Assembly (NCBI RefSeq): GCF_009914755.1 | Contig: NC_060930.1 | Direction: 5' to 3' (one strand) | DNA length: 64,000 nucleotides | Source: the human T2T-CHM13v2.0 reference genome, Homo sapiens | In this document: piece by piece, positions 15,948 to 30,725 of the stretch | Numbering within the stretch: the first letter of the stretch is position 1 | Layout: each line of letters begins with the position of its first letter | Position numbers and translations under genes: made by a program | Notes under the pieces: generated by a model | Databases searched by the model: none | The model's input: the letters and a program-made list of their open reading frames with translations, nothing else | What the model was told of the DNA's origin: nothing

Positions 15948-15983
15948 TTACCATGACGTCAATTTTTACCATGACGTCAATTT
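15948..15983 (-). promoter_or_regulatory. Tandem 18-bp repeat carrying two palindromic CREs (TGACGTCA at 15954-15961 and 15972-15979); junctional element GGTAATTACA adjacent
   Basis: ttaccatgacgtcaattt x2, perfect; the known -146/-111 placental cAMP enhancer. Confidence 0.98.
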
Positions 15984-15987
15984 GATC

Positions 15988-16019
15988 TTATCTTGTTTCA
16001 ACCCTTAGGTCATTTTTGT
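15988..16019 (-). promoter_or_regulatory. Upstream regulatory element: GATA site (AGATAA 15988-15993, alphaACT) and trophoblast-specific element region
   Basis: GATA motif immediately upstream of the CREs; TSE extent from recall. Confidence 0.8.
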
Positions 16020-16047
16020 TTGGAGCCATTTTCAGGTGATGGTGACG

Positions 16048-16056
16048 ACAAGGTCA
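16048..16056 (-). promoter_or_regulatory. Gonadotrope-specific element, NR5A1/SF-1 site TGACCTTGT
   Basis: acaaggtca on + strand, about -219 to -211. Confidence 0.92.
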
Positions 16057-16156
16057 GCCCATGAAAAGAGAGTACGCTGTCACTTTGTACGTAATTTTAT
16101 TGAGCCATACACATAACATCCTGAAAGCTGACACTTTCCTATAAACAAGAGACATT

Positions 16157-16170
16157 TAATTAGCTAAGTA
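16157..16170 (-). promoter_or_regulatory. PGBE, LIM-homeodomain (LHX2/LHX3) imperfect palindrome TACTTAGCTAATTA
   Basis: taattagctaagta on + strand at about -330. Confidence 0.8.
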
Positions 16171-16880
16171 CCTGATATTTACCTAAACAAGAGCTATAGA
16201 TTTCCGAAAATAGATATAGAGCTTTTCCAGGCTTATACCACTATTTAATTAGGAAACAGAAAAATAAAACACACACCTATTTAGACTTTTCTAAAATGAA
16301 TTTGCATCTGAATTTAATAAAGATGCATGAGAAAGGTATGAGGCAATTCTAAGAAGGACTGAATGGTTCTCAATATACGTGCCTGGTTTTTGGTTTTTTT
16401 TTTTTTCTCATTTCACTTTTGTAAAGCTCAGTTTCTGCCTGAACAGAAAATATGTATGTCATGGCTTGCCAGGTGTGGGACACTTAGCTCCAAGGTTCCC
16501 AACCCAGTGTCACCCTAAAACCTGCACAGCTCTTCAGACTACTGTGGCTTCTTTTTTGCACACAGAGATTATGACCCTTCAAAAGTTCCTATCTTTATCT
16601 ACTCTGCTCAGTGCCACTTCCGTAAGGAACTGGCTTAGATACAGACTACCAAGGACCTCTTCAACAAAGAGTTTAGAAGATCTATGTGATGCAAAAAGCA
16701 ATTCTTGTTTAACATAAAGAAACTTGCCAAAGAACGCAAAGTTGTTTTGTGATTTATTTTCTGTGATAAACAAATTTGTTTAGGTTCTTACACCTTTTCA
16801 GATTTCCGTTGTTTCCTTCCAGTATGCATCCCAACCATTCACCTTTTCTTAGTGATGCTCCTTTTTGGGGGACGAGTGGG

Positions 16881-17156
16881 GGAGACGGAATCTCGCTCTG
16901 TCGCCCAAGCTGGAGTGCAGTGGCACAATCTCACTGCAGTCTACACCTCCCGGGTTCAAGCACTTCTCCTGCCTCAGCCTCCGAGTAGCTGGGACTACAG
17001 GTGTGCGCCATAATGCCTGGCTAATTTTTGTATTTTTGGTAGAGACAGGAGTTTCACCATGTTGGCCAGGCTGGTTTAACCCCTGACCTCAAGTGATCCA
17101 CCCACCTCGGCTTCCAAAAGTGCTGGGATCACAGGCATGAGCCACCGTGCCGGGCC
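16881..17156 (-). mobile_element. AluS about 1.05-1.3 kb upstream of the CGA TSS
   Basis: Alu consensus; atypical tail. Confidence 0.95.
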
Positions 17157-18699
17157 TTCCTAGTGATGATTGATGCCACCATTATTCAAGAATTTCTACA
17201 TTTAAATATCAACCAACTGGCAGTATATTTTCAATGTAGCAGACTTATTTTGAAAATCTTTCCATCTAGGCATTTCACTCTTCTTTGTTCTATTCTTTCT
17301 CTTTTATTTGTGCCTTCTTTACATCCTTTTATTTCTTTTTTATCTGAATGATTACATAGAAACAATGTTTCTAGGATGCTCTTATTAAATTATTTTTGTT
17401 TGGCTTATGATTTCATAGTGGATTTTATTTTTATTTCACATTTCTATATAAGAATTATGAATATTAGGGAATTCTTATGAAAATGTTTATTGTGTTTTTA
17501 AAGTTTACGTACTGTTTTTTAATTTTTTTAGTGATGTGGCTACATAAATAATACAAAAGTCAGTGCCTTTAACACCTGACTTATCTTCCCCATTTCCTCA
17601 ATTATTCTACTCAGAAGCAATGTTTCCAGTTTCTTACTTGTGTTTCTGCAGACACTCTATGTATATACAAACAAATTATATTTAAGTCTCCATCCCTGTT
17701 GAAATTCTCCTTAAAATAACAAACAGAATACAAAAATTAGAGGAACCCCTGCCTTTGTGCTTAGAGAATCTCTGTTGGTATGGTATAAATTATACTTCTC
17801 TGTACTTTCTACAACAAACATATATTACTTTTATAATTGGGGAAAGTACTGTTAACAAAAACATGTTTCTAAGTTTCACTATTTCATGTGGCTGCTTCCA
17901 TTTATTATTGACAGTTTTATCCCATATCTGATAGTTCTATTTTCTATTTTCTTTACTCTGGGTAAGAGCAGGTTTGGTGGGTGAAGGATAAAAATACCAC
18001 TCCTCAGTCATTGACAGTTACCTCCCAGCTGCTAAAGTTTGAAGCATCTGTCACCAAAAAGATAGGCTGGCTGAAGAACTGGGATGACACAGGGCAACTC
18101 GCCACCTTTACTAGGCAAGGTCCTGAGAGCCCTATAGAGTATACAGGTCAGGAACTTCTTTGCAAAGCAGTATGACACAGTTAAGTATGTACGCACTATG
18201 TTAAATGCATGAGTTTTTTTCCTAATGAAGTTTTGCATTTACACGCTGAATTTTTTTAAATAACCATCTTTGTAAATGTTTCATATGCTTACTTGATTGT
18301 TTTATTCAACATAATTTGAACTTTCTAATAGCAAAACATGATTATCACAAACATTATGCTGTAATCAGAACAGCTCAGGTATGTAAAATCCTTGCATTTC
18401 CAAGTGGCTTTTTCTTTGGTAATTTTAACGATACATTACACAATTTTAAATTTTCAAGTAGTAGAAAAGTATATACAATGAAAAATAAGTCTTCCTCTTA
18501 CTCCAAAATCCTTAATTCCATTCCCAAAGGTATTTATTTTTTAAAATTTCTTAATGTTTCCAGAAATTTACTATGTATATACATACATTTTCGGGGGTTT
18601 TGCTGTATACAAATAGAAACACAAGATACACATTGTTTAGTGCCTTGCCTTCTTTCTGTTTTTAAAAACATAACAATGTATCTTGGTGGTTTCTTTCAT

Positions 18700-19530
18700 A
18701 TCCAAATGTGTGGATCTAACCCATACTTTTGAATATTGCAAGATATAAAGGACCATGAATTATTCAACCAGCATTCTATTAATGACCATTTGCATCATTT
18801 CCAGTTTTTAAATGTTATAAACAATATTATAATTATCATCTTGCTCTGGTTACATATATAATTATAGTTCTAGAATAAGTTTTTAGAAGTGGAATTGTTG
18901 GATCAAAGAATATGAGTATTTTAAACTTGAGTAGAAGTTGCTCAGGTACTCACTCTTCTCCACCCCTCCTCAAAGTTAATGCTATGAAATATGTTAATTT
19001 TTGTTGAACTAACAGATGAAAAACAATATTTTATTTTTATTTGCATGTAAATAATTTTGAGCAGGACTGAACATAATTTCATAAGTTGTGGTCATTTAGA
19101 ATTTTTTTTCTGTGAACTGCCTGTTCAAAAATCTTTCTCAAGTTCTTAATTCTGTCTTTAATTTTAAGTTTGACTTTTGACTCTTTTATGGTAGTTTTAC
19201 AGTTGTTTTTATGAGGTCAAATTTATGTATCTTTTACTTTTAGACTTGCAGAGTTTATGTAATGCCAAGATTCTAAAAAGAAGTGCCCATATTTTATTCT
19301 CGACTGTATACAGTGTTATTTATTTTAGGTTTAGCCCTTTAATTCATCTGTAATTTATTTTGGAAATGAAGTAGAAATCTATCTTCTTTTTAAACCTAAA
19401 TGACAAGCCAGGTGTTGTAATAACATGTATGAAATAATCAACTTTTCTTTCTCCACTAATTTGAAATTCTACTTACTTCCTAAATATTTTGAGGTCCATT
19501 TTTGGGTTCTCTACTGTTGTGACCTATATT
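18700..19530 (-). mobile_element. Decayed L1M fragment
   Basis: agaagtggaattgttggatcaaag and related antisense L1M motifs. Confidence 0.65.
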
Positions 19531-19799
19531 AATAAAAATATTCAATCAATGATAATTAAATATTTTAAATTTGTTTAGATTATTATTAGATATAATTATC
19601 GAGTGTCTCTTTACCAAGTGTATCAATGAAAGTGCATTATCAAAGAGAAATTAGACATAAATCATATCACTAACTTGCTAACAGTCTGTTTACTATAAAT
19701 TAGAAGCATTGGGATTTTCCCTCACCATTCTCTTTGACTTGTCATGAGGCTCCTAACACCCTAATTTTCTAATCTTCACTTGACTCCTTAATGCTGTGT

Positions 19800-19972
19800 G
19801 GCTGTGTTTCTTGAAGTATATCTCATGTTTTGTCTAAAATCAGAACTACTAGGGTGTGGATTAAAAATACAGGTTCGTGGGTCCCATCCTATCCTGGTCC
19901 TGCTGGACCAAAATCTCTCTCAGTTGAGCCCAGAAATTTGCATTTCATCAGTCAAAGCTTGAGAACCGTGAC
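19800..19972. mobile_element. MER5-type hAT element
   Basis: gagcccagaaatttgcattt...ttgagaacc. Confidence 0.65.
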
Positions 19973-21061
19973 TGCATAGCATTGTTTTATTAAGCAATAC
20001 AGGAATGTAAGTAAGGAGCAATATGGTTTGTTTTCATCTTCAACTGTCCCTGTAGCACAACTAAATCAAAAATGGTAAAGTTATTTGTTCAGTTCTGTGA
20101 GCCTCCCCTCTGTACAAACAGCTGAAACATCCTGCTATTAAGAATCTATGAGAAACAGCTCAAAGACCCAAAACAACTATCTCCTGGTCACAAACACCAA
20201 AACAGGCAGCAGAAAATTTCTTGATTGAGATGAGGTTTTTAATCAACAACAACAGATAAGGTGACTGACAGTCAGAAAGAATCACCTGAGATGTGATATC
20301 TAACACAGTGGCAGCAACAAAATCCCCCTGCAACTGATGGACAAGAAGCAAACTGACTTGACACATGTAAAGCAGCCAAGAATATTCTCTACTATTTCAG
20401 TCAAAACAGTGTGGTCTAATCAATAATGCAAACATCCTGTTTCTCAAGCTAACAACCTCTGTCACTGGAACCCTCAGAGAGATAAAGAAACTGCTGGTAC
20501 AATTATAGCTAATCTTTCTCTAGTCTGAAATGTCAATAGACTAGGCAAATAATGCTGCCAAGAAAGGGAGAAAAATCTCACAGGTGAAAACTAATTTTTT
20601 TAACATTTTTCCATTTCTTTTTGCTTTGCACATATCTCCTCCCACTTCCATTTCAGAAAGCTTTCAGTAATCAACTATGAAAGGATTCATGAGAGAAACA
20701 GGTTTTGTACAAGAAGGAAAGAGAAGCAATTGTATTGATAGAATTGTTCAGTTATATGCATATTGCAGGATGGGGAGGTGAAAGAGTAAATGATGAAGTA
20801 ACTTCCTACCCTAATTTTGCAGGGGAAGTCTTATGAGATACTATATTTTGCATGGGTTTGCCTAAAGATCTTCATCCTTAAAAAGCTGGCCTATTTTGCC
20901 ATGAGAGGTAAGGGTACTACATTCAGAACCTCTGGGTATTCTCTCTGAGTATCTGTATAAATGGCCATGTGGAGCTTTACAGATAGTGGAAGAACTTGGT
21001 GGGAGAGAGTCAAAGCCACTTTTATTAAGGGAAGATTTCCTTTGGATGATGCTTTCGATGT

Positions 21062-21493
21062 TGTTAAAAGAAAACTTCAGACAAATCAAATTTAGTGGAG
21101 TTTAATTGAGCAAAAAGAAGCAATGATTCATGAATTGGTCAGCCTCCAGAATCACAGCAGATTCAGAAAGACTCCAGGGGTGCCTCATGGTCAGAACAAA
21201 TTTATAGACAAAAAAAGTAAAGTGACATCTAGGAATCAGAAGTGAGGTACAGAAATAGCTGGATTGCTTGCAGGCTGGCGTTTGCCTTATTTGAACACAG
21301 TTTGAACACTCAACAGTCTATGAGTGGTTGAAGTATGGCCGCTGGGAATGGCCAAGACTCACTTTTTGTTACAGGTGCATACTCCCAAGTTAGGTTTTCT
21401 ATTTTGTCTATTAAGCTAAGTTACAGTTAGTCCACAAAGATTCAAACATAGAAGTATGCAGTCCTTCTCAGGCTCTATTTAGTTCACTTTAAC
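21062..21493 (-). mobile_element. ERV1 solo LTR (MER51-like)
   Basis: tgttaaaagaaaacttcagacaaat...tttagttcactttaaca, inverted termini. Confidence 0.7.
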
Positions 21494-21859
21494 AGTGTGG
21501 ATAACAGGAGTCCCATGGTTCCTTCTAGGAGTGGGCAGTAGTGCCACTTGCCCTCGTCTAAAATCTTGGCTGCTATTCGATGGAAAATACATTTAAGGGG
21601 AGAGTGAAACCTAATCACAAACATTATCTCAACACCCCTTCTCCACTCATACCACCTCTATCCCTGGGCTCTGGCTGAAATGGAGTGTGGGGGAATTTTG
21701 TCCATCCTCAGCCTCTAAATACAGCCCAGGCCTCAGTGGGACTGCAGCAAGTCCCAGTCATTGTTCAGACACTGGGAAGCTCTCTGTCACCAAGTTAACT
21801 CCCTATTTCTCCAGCATTTTTAGATGCATTATGAATGAGCCATTAGCCAGCAGTCCTTC

Positions 21860-22295
21860 TACTATGGTTTGGATATGGTTTGTTTGGCCCTACCAAATCT
21901 TATGTTGAAATTCAATCCCCAATGCTGGAGGTGGGGCCTAATGGGAGGTGTTTGGATCATGCGGGTGGATCCCTCATGACTAGCTTGGTGCCATCCTCAT
22001 GGTAATGAATGAGTTCTTGCTCTATTATGCAAGTTCCCATGAGAGTTCTTCCCAGAGCTGGTTGTTAAAAAGAACCTGGTACCTCCCTCCCCTTTCTCTG
22101 CCTCCTTTTTTTCCGGGTGACTTCTGCACAATGTCTCCCCTCTCTTCTGACATGAATGGAAACAACCTGAAGCTTTCACCAAAAGCAGATGCAGCCACCA
22201 TGCTTCTTGTACAGTCTGCAGAACTGTGAACCAAATAAACTTCTTTTCTTTATAAATTATCCAGCCTCTGGTATTCCTTTATAACAACACAAAGA
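21860..22295 (+). mobile_element. MST (MaLR) solo LTR
   Basis: ctatggtttggatatggtttg...aataaacttcttttctttataaattatccagcctc. Confidence 0.9.
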
Positions 22296-22957
22296 GACAA
22301 ATGGGCTAAGACACTTTCTCCATACCCGTACATTCCCCGCACTCACATCTCCAGGATAAATGTACTTTCTGAGAGTTGGGGGCCAAATGGGAGTAGGGAA
22401 TAAAGGTTTCCCACTTTGTCTTTCTTTATGCCTGATCAGTTTCAAAGGCCACCATGCCATATCAGGCATTTAAATCCATTCTCCCTGGGAGTGGTTTTAA
22501 CTTGGGTCATTCTTTGAAATGCTAAGGCTGGATTCCAGAAGAAAAAAAAGAAGAAAGAGGAGAAAGAGTGGGCGTTAAATAATTTGTATATACCTGAAAA
22601 TTGCCAAAGGAATAGAATACCATAAAACATAGAATGAGAGTTGCCAATAAAGAGATGGAGAGAAACCATATGGAGACTGATTCCTAGATTTTAGAGAATT
22701 GAGACAACATTATCATTATTTAACTATATGACCCCCTCTCCCTAACCCAAAAATATTGTATTTCTATTATGAATTTTGTTTTGAGAATTGTTTATATTCT
22801 TTGAGATAATTAGAGACATTCCAGATGCAGAAATTGGGTAGAAAGCTCTGGCCTAAAGCACAAAACATACAAAACTTATCCTCTCTCATGGCTTCACATG
22901 AAATCTCTATTCCAGACCTGACATCTCCCTTGAGCTTCATGCCAGTGTCTTCATTCA

Positions 22958-23760
<803 letters not shown>

Positions 23761-23935
23761 TGACGGTTTCTTATAAAGTTAAATATACATGTACATAAAC
23801 ATAAATTTATGTTATGATCTGGCAATCTCCCTCCTAGGTAATTTATCCAAGAGAAATTAAAATATATGTTCACACAAAGACTTGCACATGAACGTTTATA
23901 GTAATTCTATGCATAATAACCAAAAACTGAAAATA

Positions 23936-24391
23936 CATTTGACCCTTGGATAACATAAGGGTTAGGGGTGCTGACCCCTGCACAGTCGAAAATATTTTTA
24001 ATGTGAAAAAAATATTTTTAACTCCCCAAACACTTAACTACTAATAGCTTACACTTGACTTAAAGCCTTACCTATAACATAAACAGTTGATGAACAGATA
24101 TTTTGTATGTTACATGCATTACATACTTTATTCTTACAATAAAGCAAGCTAGAGAGAAGAAGATGTTATTAAGAAAATAATAAGGTAGAGAAAATACATT
24201 TACTATTCATTAAATGGCAGTGCATCATCGTTAAAGGTCTTCATCTTTATTATCTTCGTATTGAGTAGGTTGGGAAAGAGGGGAAAGAGGAAGGGTTGGT
24301 CTTGCTATCTCAGGGTGACAGGGGTGGAATAAAACTCATGTTTAAGTGGACTCATGTAGTTCAAATCTGTGTTTTTCAAGGGCCAACTGTA
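23936..24391. mobile_element. Tigger2-type DNA transposon
   Basis: TIRs ttgacccttg...caagggccaactgta. Confidence 0.75.
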
Positions 24392-26959
24392 ATTCAATTG
24401 TTCTTCAACTAGTGAAAGTGGATATAAAGCATAGCACATTGGTACAAAGGAATGCTATTCAGCAATAAAAAGAAACAGACTACTGATATGTTCATCACCA
24501 TGGATGAATCTCAAAATAATTACACTGTGAACGAAGCTAAACACAAAAAGCTAACAGTATGATTCCATTTATATGGCATTCTGGAAGAGGCAAAACTATA
24601 GAAAGAGATCAATTAGTGGTTTGGGAATAGGGTGAGAAGATTAACTACAAAGGTGCACAAAGGAAGTTTTCTATACCTTGAGTAAGTGGCAGTTACATGC
24701 TTGTATATTTTTGTTGATACTCAAAACCTATGTCTGTGTCTAGAAATGATAGATTTTACTGTATGTAGATTATGTATCAGTAGGCCTGACTTTAAAAAAA
24801 TAAAAATGAAGATGAGAGGGTATTCTAATTAGTGGTAACAGCAAGATAAAAAGGCATGCAAGTATGAGAGTGTGGTTTTCACAAGAGACTGCAAGCAGTT
24901 CAATATTAGAAGGGTATAACATTCAAAGCGAGAAGTGGCAAGCCGTGGAGTCCTGAACTTTTCACTTGCATCTATAGCCTCCACCTTAAACTCATCACGT
25001 CCAAAACTAAAGCCTGCATCCCTGTCTCCCGCAACAGTACCATCATGGTTGTTGATGTCATTTTCCTAGTCACCAAAACTCTAAAGCTTGAAGACCTTCT
25101 TGACTGCTCCCCTTATCTGTCCACCAAATCCATGATGCACTCTTGTAATGCCATGGTTTTTGTGGTTTTGATGGTAGCAGCAGTAGATGATGATGATAAT
25201 AGTGGTTTTCTACTTCTCTTTTATATCATTCCTTCTTACTTCATTGTTCTCATATGATTTAAACTTGTATTTTTTTCTTATCAGGATTGGCATGACACCC
25301 CTCTCACTGGTCTTAGTGCCTCTGGTCACTCTCCTTTCTTGCCAGATGAGTCTTCTGAAAATATCAACCTCATCCCATTGTGTTCTAATCAAAAATCAAC
25401 TTGAGGTCCTTATCAATAAAAAGACTTCCTCTGCTGATCCTAATCTACTTTCTAAGTTTATTCCTCAATATACTCAGGTTAACAAACTGCTTCAGAGACA
25501 ACCAGCTTGATTTATTCATCCCCCGTGTGCATTTCCTTCAGGACACGTCATATAGCCCTGTCTGAGATGCCCTTTCTTTTCCTCTCCACGTATTTAAATC
25601 CCCCTCTTACACCATGACCCAGGAAAGTTCTGCCCCCGCACTCTGATTTCTCACCCCAGTAAGATTATTTGAGTCATACTCTCCTCCTTCCCCAAACTTT
25701 ATAGTATCTATTCTACCTATTTGGGTTATTGATGGTTACATTGATAATGGTAGCTTGCATTTCTAGAGCCCTTGAAAGATTTGAAAGCACTCTACTATTC
25801 ATCATCTGGTTTGAGGCCTTCTCAACAAACCTATGAGACTACTCCTATATTGCAGATAAGGCTCTACAGTGGATGGGGATTTGCTTAAGATCACACAGAT
25901 AAGTAGTAAGTTTTCAATACATTTTTAAAATAAGGGCATGAAGACAGAGCCAGAAAACTGATTTAGCAATCAAGGGGAAAAGGAAGGACTCTTTTTAATG
26001 AGGAAATAAAACTAAAGTCAGAAAAAGACTGCTTAAAGTCAGAATTTGACCAGGATTACATTCATACAGACCACACTGTCTGCTTTGCCTTTGTGATACT
26101 GGTAGGAGATATGAAAGGGAAGAATTTATTCTATACAATTCAAAAAATACATTTTTTTATAAGCTTAAAATTAGGAAACTATACCTTCAGCTACCACTTA
26201 TTTCTGTTTTCGCAACTATTGGAGCTGACTGTGTGGGTGAGTTAACTGCTGCATAAAAAGTGGAATTAAAATTAAAAAGCTCTTATGTATATTTTTATAG
26301 AACAGAAATAATTAAAATTAACTGTAACTCAAAATCCAGTTAGTAGAGTTGGCATTTAAATTGGCTGTTTAATTAGCAAAATTCTATATGATTAAAGTAG
26401 TCACTTGAAAATGTCTTTCAAAAGTAAAGCATTTTAATAAGCTCCAGTTCTTAGATGATCTACATAAGTTGATCTTTGTGTTCCCCTCTGGAATAGACTA
26501 GTTCTGCAGTTTGAGTGAACGAGTTCCTGGATTAGTACTTTAGAAGGAAGCTAATCAGAATAAAAGCAGAAAGTGAATCTTATTTGACAATAAAATGTGC
26601 TAGGCCTCAAAAGACTGCTGGATATCTTCAGTGTATAAAGGAATATAAGGGAGAAATCTTTTTCTTCATGTTAAAGTCTTACAGCCCTATCTTACATTCT
26701 ATCTGAGTTATTGGTTGGATGACTATTTTTGAGGCTGTTGATGAATCAGAGAATTCCTGAAGTTGTGCTCTTGACCTATACATTTTTTAAGCAAAGGACA
26801 CATTTTTCAAAACCCCTTACACACAACCTTAGGAAGATCTTTAGTAGAGGATATCTAGTTCAATCTCTCTTTTCCATTTAGAGCTAGACCAAAACCATAA
26901 CCAGCAGATAAGAATTCAAGCAGTTTTTCAAATTCCCCATGACAGAAGCTAGCCAGATA

Positions 26960-27430
26960 TTTACCAAATACGAAGTGTATTTGCTAAATACACTAGCAAA
27001 ATACACTAGTTCCTCTTCTTGTGCACCTAGATAAACTACATTTTACATCTCCCTTACACCTGGAAGTGGGACCATATGATCAGTTCTTGTGAATGGAATG
27101 TGAGAAGGGAAGTGCCATTGCCCCATCAAGGCATTTTAAAGGAATGTGCCTTCCCCACCTGCTCTCCCTTTTCCCCTGGATGCCAGCATGACTTTGAGGT
27201 GCCATGTTGAAGATGGCATAGCCACAGGATGGAAGGAGGCCTATCTTTAAAGGACTATGCATATGAGAACCTCCTACACACTATGATACACAGCCCCACA
27301 CCTCCCCACCTGCCCTCCACCACTCACTGCATTGATCTTCAAATTGAGTAAGAAATCAGGTGCTATTATCATAAGCCGCTTCATTTGGAGGATTGTTTAC
27401 TATAGCATTGAATGTTGTTTTACCTGCTAA
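26960..27430 (+). mobile_element. Old MLT1 LTR
   Basis: aatggaatgtgagaagggaagtg; gccatgttgaagatggc. Confidence 0.6.
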
Positions 27431-28451
27431 CTCTACATTCCCCAAAAAGAAATTCCTACATGACTATCTACCATGCAATGTCTAAACAATATTGCCTCTT
27501 TGTCCTTTTCTTCTAGTTGTATATGCTACAGCCTAGTGGATTTTGATCTTTTTGGGGCCAAGAGCTCTATTAAACCTAGGAAAAATCCCAAACCCCTCTC
27601 CCCAGGAAAATAAGCAAACATACATGTGCTCAAAACTTAGCCTAGAATTTCAAGATGTTTTCAGAACCTCAAAAAGATCAATATAACCCAGGCTAAGAAC
27701 CCTGCTACTAGCAATTAGTTTACTATGAATGCAGAAGAACCCTAAGTAAGTAATAAGTGTATATTACTTCCAAGCTTTCCAATTTTACTCATCTTTTCTT
27801 TTATGTACAGCTTCCCAGTCATATTTATGTCTTTGTTCTTTGAATTTTAAAAACACAGAAAATTTAGGGCTTCAATATTGATTTTTCTCTCCCAAAGCAA
27901 AGATGTCAGTGTAACAGTCTTAATGCCAACCATCAATTCCGTGACCATGCCTTTTGATTTCTGTATCAACTGTGAGCAGTCTCTGCCTCAAAACGATCAG
28001 CGATGCAATGGTCAATATTCTATGCCAGGCACTTCGCAATTACTTTTGGAAATGGAATCTTCATTTTCTAGCATAACCCTTAAGATTTTTTCAATTTTGC
28101 CCTTAAAATTCTCTCTAACCTCATCTCTCATCTGGCCCCAACATAAACTTTTTGTTCCAATGATATCACACTGTTCATAGTGCACTGAATCTACCATATT
28201 CTCTCATGACTCTGTGACCTTGCCTGGAATATTCTTTCTCTTGTCTGTCCAAGAACTCTTATTAACCTCTAAGATTCAGCTTAAGCATCAACTTTCTGAT
28301 GCATACCTGGCCTGCTCACTCCTTCTAAGTGAAGTGACTCCATAAATGCTCCTGCTGTATTTTCCACGCCCTTGCCATAGTCCTCATCACACACTGCTGG
28401 AATTTACTGCTCTGCCTCTCATTGGACTGTTAGCTCCTTTGGAGTAAAGAA

Positions 28452-28808
<357 letters not shown>

Positions 28809-29918
28809 TAGCGTAGTACATAACACAGATTGAAGCATGTCATGTTCTTAAGGAATTCATCTTCAAGGCAGGTAGTTAAGCATACATGAAGAAAAACAAC
28901 CAAATACAACATATCATGGTTTCATATCATATCATGGCACCAAGGGAAGAATGCTTAAAGGATTATGGGAACACACAGGATAGAGCAATTAAGCTCTGAA
29001 AAAGTGGAAGGTGATAGAGAAGAAAGGGGGTAAAGGAGACACTCAGAGAAGACTTCACGGGAGAGGGAACTTCTGAGTTGGACCTTGAGAAATGAGTTGG
29101 AGTTTGCTAGAGAGAAGTGAGAAAGGGGATCTTCCTTCATAGTTCAAAGCTACCTGGAGATTTTGTTATTCTTATGCAATTCAGCCAGTCCAGCCTAAAT
29201 TGTAGAAATTGAAAATTTAACCCTAAGTTCAGGTGAAACTGAAAAAAAAAATGGGTGAAATAGGTTTCTTAAAAATCAAACTGCCATGGAAACTGCTTTA
29301 CCCAAAATTTTGGTCCACAGTCTTTATTAGATTATCTATTGAGGCAAATAAAGTTTAGTCATGTGAATAGGTCCCAATTTTGTCAGAAATATAATTGAGA
29401 TCCAACAGTCTTTTATAAACCAGTGAGTCTGTACTGCTACCTCATGACTAGAATTCTACAATGAAAGTTATCAGATTCTTATGTGCGTATATGTGTTTAG
29501 GTGTGTTTACACATATGTCCATACGTTATGTTATATGTTGTATCTACATGGTAAAAATCTGGCATAGTCAACCAGAAATCCCTTAAGGAATTCTATTCAG
29601 ATTGGCTTAGATAAGTAAGCACTCATATAAGTAATAATTAACCCTAATGCTTTTTAGTTCATGTGACTTAAGTAAATCTTCAATAAATAAGCTGGTTTTA
29701 AAATTATTAGTAAAATAAAAATAGAAATGTCTTCAAAATTGTCAGCATACATTTTTGGTGGATTTACAGGTCACATTGTTTTACATTTGTCACCAATAGA
29801 CGTTTTAAGGTGTTAGGGCTTGACACAAAAATTGTGAAACTATAAACCCAGCTGAAAACAGAATGATCTCTGTTTATGAGATTTTTTGATGAGTAAGACC
29901 ACTTTGATTTTGTTGGTC

Positions 29919-30270
29919 ATGTAGTTTGGCTCTGTGTCCCCACCCAAATCTCATCTTGTAGCTCCCATAATTCCCAGCTGTTGTGGGAGGGACCTGGCAG
30001 GAGATAATTGAATCATGAGGGCGAGTCTTTCCCATGCTGTTCTCATGATGATGAATAAGTCTCATGAGATCCGATGGTTTTAAAAATGGGAGTTTCCCTG
30101 TACAAGCTCTCTTCTCTGGTCTGCTGCCATGGGAGACGTGCCTTTCACCTTCTGTTATGATTGTGAGGCCTCCTCCACCACGTGGAACTGTGAGTCCAGT
30201 AAACCTCTTTCTTTTGTAAATTGCCCAGTCTCAGGTATGTCTATCAGCAGTGTGAAAATGGACTAATACA
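29919..30270 (+). mobile_element. THE1 (MaLR) solo LTR
   Basis: gtttggctctgtgtccccacccaaatctcatcttg...gtgtgaaaatggactaataca. Confidence 0.92.
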
Positions 30271-30344
30271 GTTGGTTTAATGAAAAAAGCTGTATCTTCT
30301 GAGTTATCAGCAAAGTATCCATATATTTTATTTTAAGTTTCTTA

Positions 30345-30725
<381 letters not shown>

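Noticed and set aside
18316-18732. 138-aa + strand ORF
   Set aside because: AT-rich, non-ATG start, borders decayed L1M sequence, no recognisable motif.
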